DNA of 52,965 nt from an uncultured Bacilli bacterium (GTDB lineage Bacteria; Bacillota_I; Bacilli_A; RF39; UBA660), in the NCBI GenBank assembly GCA_947632375.1, contig CANRPF010000006.1, positions 1 through 52,965 of the forward strand, written 5' to 3'. Shown here piece by piece: positions 1 to 7,171 of this stretch. The first letter of the stretch is position 1; each line of letters starts with the position of its first letter. Below the pieces are notes generated by a model that was given only the letters and a program-made list of their open reading frames with translations, ran no database searches and was not told where the DNA came from. Position numbers and translations under genes: made by a program.

Positions 1-1781
1 CCCACAGAGGACGGCGGGTCAGAGATGCCAGAACAAAATACTCCAGCAAAAGTGGATCGTCCCCAATCCCCACCAAAATTACCATAACACACAGCGCTGT
101 TATTAAACCAAAATCCGTCCGCCTCGTATGTAGATGATGTACCATACCCCTTAACTGGCACTCTCCCCCAAGGCGTTACCTTCATTGTGCTTATATAACT
201 TGCTGTTACTGCCGACTGCCCAGAAGGTGTCGATTCTTGTAATGTGATATAACCGGTTCCGTCAAGGTTATAGCCAGATGTAGAACTTCCATCATGAGTC
301 CCCCATGTCAGTTTGACTTTCTGGGTACCGTGATAATCAATCCATCCGGCTGTCCGTCGCCACAGATTACCCCATGGGTTCTCCATGCCGAAGACCTTGA
401 CGCCAGATACTTGGTCATTGCTCCCCCAGAATAGCCCTTTCTTATCCATCGTCCCTTGGCCAATAGCACCATTATTTCCTGTGCGACAGTATCCTGCACC
501 ATATTTGATTTGAGTATTGGTAGACTTAGCCATCAAAACCAAAAGATCCTGAACCAAGAATTTATCAGCAACTACTTCTATGTAGTACCCATCACCATTA
601 GCCTTTGCTAAATTGATTTGTGCTGTTGTATCAGTATTCACGTAATTTGTCCTCCCGGAAATAGTCCGTAGCCTTGTCCCATCCGACGAACCAAAATATA
701 TAGGTGTGTAAAAGTGATCTATTTGGTTATCATCCTGGTCATAGTTGCACCAGCAATCAAAACCATCCAGACCTATATCACAACACCTGAATTTATATGT
801 ATCTTCCGTTTCCTCGCGGCTCGTGAAAATCTTGCCCCATTGCATCATAGCATTGCCTGCGAAATTTATATCTGCCACGCTGGAAGACTGCCCATCTATC
901 TTTTTGGTGTAGTCATTTGGATCTAGCTCTTCCATAACTACACCCGCATAAGATACCATCGTCGGTTTAGGCATAAACTTTTCGCCTGGTGCAAAATCCC
1001 AGCCCCCGTAAACAAATTTACCTCCGGCAAAATCCATATAGGCAGGCGCAAAATCAGTATTATCTACACCTGTAGGATAGGACACCCTGGCATCAGGGTC
1101 GGGCTCAGAGGAGATTAAATCAAATCCGTAATAATACTCAGATTTTAGTTCAATTTCTTCTCCCTTTTCAGATATATTAACTGTTTTTCCACCTATATCC
1201 CATTCACCAACATCATCTAATTCAAGATAAGCACTTAAATCTTCTCCAATAGTAACTTGAACATTTTTACTACCTTTTTTAGCTGTTATTGTTTTACCAA
1301 TAACCTCAGATGCTTTAAATGTTATTACTATTTTAGCATTATCATTTGGTGTTACACTAGCTCTATACGACTTATCCCTATTATAAACATCATGGTCTGA
1401 ATAGGAATAAGCCGCATAGTAATATGTTATATCATTTTTACAAATATCTTCATAAGCTGTAGTTTTATATTTACTAAAATCTTCTCTAGGAAGATTCAAA
1501 GCTACAACTGCTTCGTTATCATTTTCATTTATTGGATAACTACCCTCTTTTCTCAAAAGTAGCACCCCAGCAGCTCGACAGAGTTCTTGACCATCAATAA
1601 CAGTATCATTAGGGCCTTCAATATAAATTCTATTCTTACCATTTGAAGGAGTAACCCTAAATAACTTAGGTGGTAAAGGCGGAATTCCAACCTCATTTCC
1701 TCCATTACCTCCGGTTCCCGCGTTTTTAATTAGCTTGCCAACTTCATCTATCGTATACTGCGCAGCTACAAAATCACTCAT
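1..1781 (-). CDS. Tail fibre / receptor-binding protein (partial; the stop codon lies beyond the window start)
   Basis: Uninterrupted minus-strand frame from the ATG at 1781-1779 to the window edge, about 590 codons. The ATG overlaps the TGA of the upstream gene. Gly/Ser/Thr/Asn/Tyr/Trp-rich composition typical of fibre proteins. Last gene of a minus-strand operon with a repeat-containing fibre-like protein. Absent from the ORF track only because no stop is reached inside the window. Confidence 0.55.
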   Translation of the reverse strand, partial: MSDFVAAQYTIDEVGKLIKNAGTGGNGGNEVGIPPLPPKLFRVTPSNGKNRIYIEGPNDTVIDGQELCRAAGVLLLRKEGSYPINENDNEAVVALNLPREDFSKYKTTAYEDICKNDITYYYAAYSYSDHDVYNRDKSYRASVTPNDNAKIVITFKASEVIGKTITAKKGSKNVQVTIGEDLSAYLELDDVGEWDIGGKTVNISEKGEEIELKSEYYYGFDLISSEPDPDARVSYPTGVDNTDFAPAYMDFAGGKFVYGGWDFAPGEKFMPKPTMVSYAGVVMEELDPNDYTKKIDGQSSSVADINFAGNAMMQWGKIFTSREETEDTYKFRCCDIGLDGFDCWCNYDQDDNQIDHFYTPIYFGSSDGTRLRTISGRTNYVNTDTTAQINLAKANGDGYYIEVVADKFLVQDLLVLMAKSTNTQIKYGAGYCRTGNNGAIGQGTMDKKGLFWGSNDQVSGVKVFGMENPWGNLWRRTAGWIDYHGTQKVKLTWGTHDGSSTSGYNLDGTGYITLQESTPSGQSAVTASYISTMKVTPWGRVPVKGYGTSSTYEADGFWFNNSAVCYGNFGGDWGRSTFAGVFCSGISDPPSSV

Positions 1782-2214
1782 GTTCTATCTCATATGCCTC
1801 CGTTATTTTCTTATTACCAGACTCGTCTTGTGGTTCTATCGTAGTAGTTTTAACGTAGGTAACACCGTTACCATTTTTATGTTGTATTCTCTCTGTAATT
1901 ATTTCTGCACCTTCTACATCTAAGGTCATTTGCTTTGTTGTTGTCACAATAGCATCTTCTGTTTCAGTCACAATAGTTCCATCCTCTTGGAAAGTTGTAA
2001 CTTGATTTACTAAACCATAACGTTTTTGAAAGTTTATTTCTTCTTGCTCTTGCATATAGGTCTGCATAGCCTTATTTTGTTCGTCTAAATATTCTTTCAA
2101 CGTTTGATTTTTTGTACCTTCTGCACTACTATATTTATAATAAATAGCTGCTACGTGAGAAATAGCAAAACCTTTGACACCATTTAATTTCAACCATAAC
2201 TTATTTGTTGCCAT
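1774..2214 (-). CDS. Hypothetical virion or tail-associated protein
   Basis: 146 aa ORF translationally coupled to the fibre gene (ATGA overlap). Lies in the minus-strand tail-fibre operon. Confidence 0.45.
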   Translation of the reverse strand: MATNKLWLKLNGVKGFAISHVAAIYYKYSSAEGTKNQTLKEYLDEQNKAMQTYMQEQEEINFQKRYGLVNQVTTFQEDGTIVTETEDAIVTTTKQMTLDVEGAEIITERIQHKNGNGVTYVKTTTIEPQDESGNKKITEAYEIEHE

Positions 2215-2221
2215 TTATTAC

Positions 2222-2701
2222 TCACGCCCCGTCCTCAGTTACTGTAGTTTTTATAATAAGAGTTGGTTCTTCAACAGTAATAGATAGCGCGTCAATTTTA
2301 GCTTTTGTATCATTTACTTTTTTAGCAAATTCTTCAGCTAACTTTTCTTCAGTTACAGCACCATCTTTTATCTTTTCAGTTGTAACTGAATCATTAGCTA
2401 GCTCATTCTCGCCAACTTCGCCATCTTTTATTTTATCTCCAGTAATTGCATCATTTTGTATCTTGCTTTCAGTTACCGAATTTTCTGCTAACCTACTTTC
2501 AGTGACTGCACTATCTTTTATTTTACTTTCAGTTATAGAATCTTCAGCTAACTTTTCTTCAGTTACAGCACCATCTTTTATCTTTTCAGTTGTAACTGAA
2601 TCATTAGCTAACTTTTGTGTGGTTACTGCCTCATCTTTCAACTCTCTAGTTCCAACTGAATTAGGGCCAAGAGGAATAACACTTCCGTAAAAACTTGCCA
2701 T
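2222..2701 (-). CDS. Tail-fibre-like protein with hendecapeptide tandem repeats (SVTTEKIKDGAVTEEKLAEDS-type)
   Basis: 159 aa with about eight 11-residue repeats (xAVTxxKIKDGxVTxxKLAxxS), as seen in N-terminal stalks of phage fibre proteins. The DNA shows a 33-nt periodicity plus a 70-bp exact duplication. The plus-strand ORF 2205-2690 is its shadow. Confidence 0.5.
   Translation of the reverse strand: MASFYGSVIPLGPNSVGTRELKDEAVTTQKLANDSVTTEKIKDGAVTEEKLAEDSITESKIKDSAVTESRLAENSVTESKIQNDAITGDKIKDGEVGENELANDSVTTEKIKDGAVTEEKLAEEFAKKVNDTKAKIDALSITVEEPTLIIKTTVTEDGA
2351..2610. repeat. 70-bp exact direct repeat (2351-2420 and 2541-2610) embedded in a 33-nt periodic tandem repeat array
   Basis: tcttcagctaacttttcttcagttacagcaccatcttttatcttttcagttgtaactgaatcattagcta occurs twice. 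Encodes the duplicated ANDSVTTEKIKDGAVTEEKLAE block of the fibre-like protein (minus strand). Confidence 0.8.
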
Positions 2702-2715
2702 TTTATTATATCTCC

Positions 2716-2994
2716 TTAATATACAAAGTCAACAATGGCTTTCGTTGTCTCCTTAAACTTTAAACTTGTTATAGGAACAATACAATCTAATTCATAAACA
2801 CCAGTCTTACCTATTGTAATTTCTTGGTCATTTAATATTATTACCGTTCCTTCAGGAGCTTGAATGCCAATTTTTAGTAAAGTAGGTCTTTCACTGTCGT
2901 ATTTCTTAGTTTTTTCCCTAATTTCATTATCTAACAAGTCTTTGTCTTTGTCAAAAGAACCAGATACCTGTCCAACACGTCCATTCAAAATCAT
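2716..2994 (-). CDS. Hypothetical protein, first gene of the minus-strand fibre operon
   Basis: 92 aa ORF immediately downstream (minus sense) of the divergent promoter region 2995-3121. Confidence 0.4.
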   Translation of the reverse strand: MILNGRVGQVSGSFDKDKDLLDNEIREKTKKYDSERPTLLKIGIQAPEGTVIILNDQEITIGKTGVYELDCIVPITSLKFKETTKAIVDFVY

Positions 2995-3067
2995 ATTACC
3001 GTACCTCCTATATGTAATATAAAAATTTTAGCAATCTATTTGAATAGTTCTGTCCTATTGATGTAAA

Positions 3068-3096
3068 TTGATTTTTAATAAAAATTTTGATATAAT
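3068..3096 (+). promoter_or_regulatory. Sigma-A-like promoter TTGATT-17-TGaTATAAT (drives the phosphatase operon); divergent from the minus-strand fibre operon
   Basis: -35 at 3068-3073, extended -10 at 3088-3096, RBS aaggt before ATG 3122. Confidence 0.6.
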
Positions 3097-3121
3097 ATAC
3101 TTATAGAAAGAAGGTATAAAT

Positions 3122-3871
3122 ATGAATAAGCATTATTGTTGCACAGATTTACATGGAATGTTAGACCTTTGGTTACAAATTGCTAGATATTGTGATAAAA
3201 CAGATACAATTTACTTTCTAGGCGATGCAATAGATAGAGGTAAAGATGGTATGGCTGTTATGAAAAATCTTCTTCTTGACTCAAGAGTGATATATCTAAA
3301 AGGTAATCATGAAGATTTAATGGCAGATGCGGTTGCCGAGGTGTTAGGCGCTAGTTACCTTGATATATTTCATACATGGATGTACAATGGAGCGCAGGAT
3401 ACCTGGAAAGATTTATCACAATATGCAGATGGTAGTAAAGAATGGTTTATGAATAAAATACTAGCCATGCCAGACAATGAAGTATATATCAATCCTAAAG
3501 GACAACATATCTTTCTTTCTCATGCTGGAACCGCACTTGACTACGAACCATATGAGTTATTATACGCGGAAAAGGAAGGTAATAGATACCTATGGGATAG
3601 ATTTCATATTAACAAACCGTGGCCAAAGGATAAAAAATATAAAGATTGGTATGTCGTACATGGACACTCTCCAGTCCAATATGTTACTAGAAGATATGAT
3701 TTACCTTTACAATTAGACGAAGAAATGAGACCTTTAATAATTGAATATGCAAATGGTCACAAATTTGACCTAGATTTAGGTTCATTTGATTCAAAGGTTG
3801 TTGCATTATTTGACCTAGATGAATTAAAAGTTACTAAATATTTTTATATGAAGGACGATGTTGATGAATAA
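3122..3871 (+). CDS. Ser/Thr protein phosphatase-like metallophosphoesterase (PPP / lambda-PPase family)
   Basis: Motifs DLHG, GDAIDRG and GNHE in canonical order and spacing. RBS aaggt upstream. Confidence 0.75.
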   Translation: MNKHYCCTDLHGMLDLWLQIARYCDKTDTIYFLGDAIDRGKDGMAVMKNLLLDSRVIYLKGNHEDLMADAVAEVLGASYLDIFHTWMYNGAQDTWKDLSQYADGSKEWFMNKILAMPDNEVYINPKGQHIFLSHAGTALDYEPYELLYAEKEGNRYLWDRFHINKPWPKDKKYKDWYVVHGHSPVQYVTRRYDLPLQLDEEMRPLIIEYANGHKFDLDLGSFDSKVVALFDLDELKVTKYFYMKDDVDE

Positions 3872-4904
3872 GAAAGAAATTTTAGATAGATTACAAGAAC
3901 ATTATGAATATGCTATTCAATGTGGTTATGATGAAGAACATATCCTAGGTGTATTCTTGTATGGTAGTCAAAATTATGGAACTGCTAATGCAGATTCAGA
4001 TATTGATAGTAAGTTAATTTTGCTACCTTCATTTGAACAATTATGTTTAAGTCCAGAAATGGTATCAAAAGAACTACATTATAAAGATGAACATATTGAG
4101 GTTAAAGATATTCGATTAATGCGGCAAATGTGGATGAAACAAAATATTAACTTCATTGAAATTCTATTTACTGAATATTATATTTTAAATCCAAAATATG
4201 AAAAGTTATTTAATCAATATTTTGTAGAGAATAGAGAAACTATTGCACATTTTGATAGAAATAAAACTTTAGTTAGTATTTCTTCTCAGCTATTAAATAC
4301 CTTAGACCAAGGTATGGGTGACAATAAAAAACTATATAATTCATGGAGATTATATTACTTCCTAGAAAAATATATTGCTGGAGAACCTTATGAAAAATGC
4401 TTAAAACCAATAGGAAAAGAACTTGCTTTCTTAATGTCTCTTAGAAATAATGCTAATGATATGTGCTTTGATAAAGAAAAAGCAGTTGTTAGTGGATACG
4501 ACTTGAAATATAAAACACGGAAGCTCGTTGAAGACAACAATAACCTAGACTCACCTGAACATGAAGCGGCGACCGCGGTTTTAAATCAGGGAGTAATTGA
4601 AATTTTAAAGCAATCATTTGTAGAAGATTTATCACAATCTACCATGTCTAAAGCAGACTTTATGAAACAACTCACCAATGCTGAAGAACGTGCTTACTAT
4701 TCTATTGTAAAGAACATTGGGGCTGAAGGTAATATTACTATTAGCAAGCTCGTGGAACAAAATAGCATCAGCCGCCCCGTATATAATAACTTAATTAACA
4801 AAATGAAAGAACATAATATTGCAAAAGTTTCTAATCAAGGAGTTAAAGGAACTTACATTAAAATCACTCAGCCTGAATTGAAAGCAGAAGCTATTGATTT
4901 TTAA
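3858..4904 (+). CDS. Pol-beta-superfamily nucleotidyltransferase with C-terminal winged-helix domain
   Basis: N-terminal motif YGSQNYGTANADSDIDS, a GS-x3-GT-x4-SD[IV]D nucleotidyltransferase signature. Helical middle region and C-terminal HTH-like segment. Confidence 0.55.
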   Translation: MLMNKKEILDRLQEHYEYAIQCGYDEEHILGVFLYGSQNYGTANADSDIDSKLILLPSFEQLCLSPEMVSKELHYKDEHIEVKDIRLMRQMWMKQNINFIEILFTEYYILNPKYEKLFNQYFVENRETIAHFDRNKTLVSISSQLLNTLDQGMGDNKKLYNSWRLYYFLEKYIAGEPYEKCLKPIGKELAFLMSLRNNANDMCFDKEKAVVSGYDLKYKTRKLVEDNNNLDSPEHEAATAVLNQGVIEILKQSFVEDLSQSTMSKADFMKQLTNAEERAYYSIVKNIGAEGNITISKLVEQNSISRPVYNNLINKMKEHNIAKVSNQGVKGTYIKITQPELKAEAIDF

Positions 4905-4922
4905 TAAAAATTATTATATAAT
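4895..4922 (+). promoter_or_regulatory. Promoter TTGATT-16-TATAAT upstream of the flotillin gene
   Basis: Hexamers at 4895-4900 and 4917-4922. Confidence 0.5.
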
Positions 4923-4966
4923 TATTATATGAACAATGAAAATTAAATAAAAGGAGAAAAATTATT

Positions 4967-6514
4967 ATGGTAGAACAGATTTTGAAGCCTATCATCCCTA
5001 TTGTCTCAATTATCCTCATGATTGTAATTATTGCTGCACTTATTATTGTAGTAGCAAAAACAATGTATCGTAAGGTTCCGCCTAATCAGGCTATGATTGT
5101 AACTGGCGGTCCAGGTGGAAGTAAGACAGTAGTTGGACGAGGATGTTTCATTATTCCTATCTTGCAGCGTGTAGACTTCCTATCTCTTGAAAATATTCAG
5201 TCAGACTTTACATCAAGAGATGAAATTCCCACTAAAGATGCTATTAACGTGTTAGTAGATGCTGTTGCCAACGTATCAGTCTCCAAAGACCCAGAAGTAA
5301 TGAAGATTGCGGCTTCCAAATTCGTTGGATATAAGCCAGATAAGATTCGTGAAATTATTACTCCTGTGCTAGAAGGCAACATTCGTGAAATTATTTCTCA
5401 GACAACTTTGAAAGAGTTGATTCAGGGAGATAAAAAGATGTTTGCTGAGAAGGTTATTGATAATGTAACTCCAAACCTTCGTGATATGGGTCTTGAGTTG
5501 ACTACATTCAATATCCAGAACTTCAAGGATAAGAATGGTGTTATTGATAACCTAGGTCTTGAAAACACAGTGCAGATTAGTAAGGATGCCGCAATCTCTA
5601 AGGCTAACGCAGAAAAAGAAATCGCGGTGGCCCAGGCTGAAGCTGCACAGACCGCGAATGAGGCAAAAGTAAAGGCTGACACTGAAATTGCCAAGAAGCA
5701 GAATGAGTTAGCCATTCAGAAAGCTGAGTTGAAGAAATCTGCTGATACTAAGAAAGCTGAGGCGGATGCCGCATACAAGATTCAGGAAGAGGAACAGCGT
5801 AAGTCTATCGAAATTGCTGAGGCTAATGCTAATCTGGCTCGACAGGAAAAGGAAATCGAGTTGAAAGAGCGTGAAGTTGCTATCAAAGAGAGAACTTTGG
5901 AAGCAACTGTTAAGAAGGAAGCAGAGGCTCAGAAGTATGCTGCACAGCAAGTCGCCGATGCAAAGTTGTATACAACTCAGAAACAGTCTGAAGCTGACCT
6001 ATTTGAGCGCGCTAAGAAGGCTGAAGCTGAACAAATTGAAGCCGAGAGACATGCTGAAGCTACTAAGGTTGAGGCAGAAGCAAGACGAATTGCCGCTGAG
6101 CATGAGGCCGCAGGTATTAAGGCTAAGGGTGAAGCTGAGGCTTCTGCTATTCAGGCAAAAGCTGTTGCTGAGGCTGAAGGTATCTTGAAGAAAGCTGAAG
6201 CTATGAAGCAGTATGGCGACGCCGCTAGAGAAAATATGCAGTTGGAAGCTATTAAAGTATTCTTCCAGCAGTTGCCTGCAATCGCCAATGCCGCTCGTCA
6301 GGCATATACCAACGTCGATAAGATTTATATGTATGGTGGGGAAAGTTCTAAACTCACAGAAGATGTCACTAAAAATATTGTCCAGTTATCTGAAGGGCTA
6401 TCCAATAGCATGGGTATCGACTTGAAGGGTCTTCTTTCAGGCGTGCTTGGAGCCAAGCTGGTCGGTGGAAAAGATGTCACTGTTAATGTTGAACCAGCAG
6501 GTTCAGAGTATTAA
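4967..6514 (+). CDS. Flotillin-like SPFH / band-7 protein (FloT/YqiK family)
   Basis: N-terminal transmembrane helix, SPFH core (NQAMIVTGGPGG...), then a long Ala/Glu/Lys-rich coiled-coil 'flotillin' domain. Own promoter, strong RBS aaggag, own terminator. Codon usage is less AT-skewed than neighbouring genes. Confidence 0.8.
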   Translation: MVEQILKPIIPIVSIILMIVIIAALIIVVAKTMYRKVPPNQAMIVTGGPGGSKTVVGRGCFIIPILQRVDFLSLENIQSDFTSRDEIPTKDAINVLVDAVANVSVSKDPEVMKIAASKFVGYKPDKIREIITPVLEGNIREIISQTTLKELIQGDKKMFAEKVIDNVTPNLRDMGLELTTFNIQNFKDKNGVIDNLGLENTVQISKDAAISKANAEKEIAVAQAEAAQTANEAKVKADTEIAKKQNELAIQKAELKKSADTKKAEADAAYKIQEEEQRKSIEIAEANANLARQEKEIELKEREVAIKERTLEATVKKEAEAQKYAAQQVADAKLYTTQKQSEADLFERAKKAEAEQIEAERHAEATKVEAEARRIAAEHEAAGIKAKGEAEASAIQAKAVAEAEGILKKAEAMKQYGDAARENMQLEAIKVFFQQLPAIANAARQAYTNVDKIYMYGGESSKLTEDVTKNIVQLSEGLSNSMGIDLKGLLSGVLGAKLVGGKDVTVNVEPAGSEY

Positions 6515-6518
6515 GATG

Positions 6519-6552
6519 AAAGGCTGAGTTAAATACTCAGCCTTTATTTTTA
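6519..6552 (+). terminator. Intrinsic terminator after the flotillin gene
   Basis: aggctgagt / actcagcct stem, 5-nt loop, T-tract. Confidence 0.7.
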
Positions 6553-6571
6553 TTAAAATTTATGATATAAT
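6543..6571 (+). promoter_or_regulatory. Repeated-family promoter (tttatt-17-TGaTATAAT)
   Basis: Member of the recurring motif TTATTAAAATTTATGATATAATAT directly after terminator 6519-6552. Confidence 0.5.
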
Positions 6572-6602
6572 ATTTATATAAGAAATAAGAAGGTGATTTG
6601 AA

Positions 6603-6740
6603 ATGAAGAAAATATTGGCAACTATTATTATTATATGCGGGCTGGTAGTCACAGGCGCCTTAGTTCTCAATATACCGCTACAGTCAAGGAGATACATAGG
6701 TTACACAGTCGCGGGTCCCGCAAATGCAGAAAGGAAATAA
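6603..6740 (+). CDS. Small membrane protein (45 aa)
   Basis: RBS gaaggtg; hydrophobic N-terminus (MKKILATIIIICGLVVTGALVL). Sits directly downstream of the flotillin gene. Confidence 0.3.
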   Translation: MKKILATIIIICGLVVTGALVLNIPLQSRRYIGYTVAGPANAERK

Positions 6741-6741
6741 A

Positions 6742-6939
6742 ATGTTAAAAGAGGTTAAAGTAACAGTAAAATATCCATTTCCGCAAATTGATTCACAAGA
6801 TTTTTACACTTATGTTCCAGAAGAAGAATTGAATGATCTTGATTCTGCTGTAACATGTGATGTTATAGATTTTTTATTAGAGGAAATTTCTTTTTCTTGT
6901 GAACTTACTGGTGAAGAAATGGAGGATGAAGAAGATTAA
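6742..6939 (+). CDS. Small highly acidic protein (65 aa)
   Basis: ATG 6742 preceded by aaaggaaa. C-terminal half is EELNDLDSAVTCDVIDFLLEEISFSCELTGEEMEDEED. Confidence 0.35.
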   Translation: MLKEVKVTVKYPFPQIDSQDFYTYVPEEELNDLDSAVTCDVIDFLLEEISFSCELTGEEMEDEED

Positions 6940-7107
6940 ATGCAAAGAGTAATTTTTGTTAAAAAAGATGATATTTATGAATTAAATAAGCGTTTAGCTG
7001 ATGGGTGGAGAGTGCAACAGATTTATCCAATTACAGCCCATCCTTGTGGGACCTCTTATGATAGTGGTTTCTATGGCGCATATATTGTAATTGAAATGTG
7101 TAGTTAA
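6940..7107 (+). CDS. Hypothetical small protein (55 aa)
   Basis: ATG immediately follows the TAA of the upstream ORF. Below the ORF-track size cutoff. Confidence 0.3.
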   Translation: MQRVIFVKKDDIYELNKRLADGWRVQQIYPITAHPCGTSYDSGFYGAYIVIEMCS

Positions 7108-7136
7108 TTGATTTTAAATAAAATTTATGTTATAAT
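7108..7136 (+). promoter_or_regulatory. Promoter TTGATT-17-TGtTATAAT for the MVP-homologue gene
   Basis: -35 at 7108-7113, -10 at 7131-7136, RBS aggaga at 7155-7160. Confidence 0.6.
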
Positions 7137-7171
7137 ATTTATGAAAATAATTAAAGGAGAATTTGTGTTAT

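Noticed and set aside
2205-2690. Plus-strand 161-aa ORF overlapping the fibre repeat region
   Set aside because: It is the antisense shadow of the minus-strand repeat protein 2222-2701. Its translation is low-complexity Ser/Val/Phe with no start context, whereas the minus-strand product has a regular fibre-like hendecad repeat and sits in a coherent minus-strand operon.
5197-6425. Several 60-105-aa ORFs on both strands inside the flotillin gene (5197-5382, 5422-5715, 5708-5950, 5871-6188, 6213-6425)
   Set aside because: They are alternative-frame artefacts of a long coiled-coil-coding region with GC-shifted codons. No RBS or promoter is present, and the flotillin frame explains the region.
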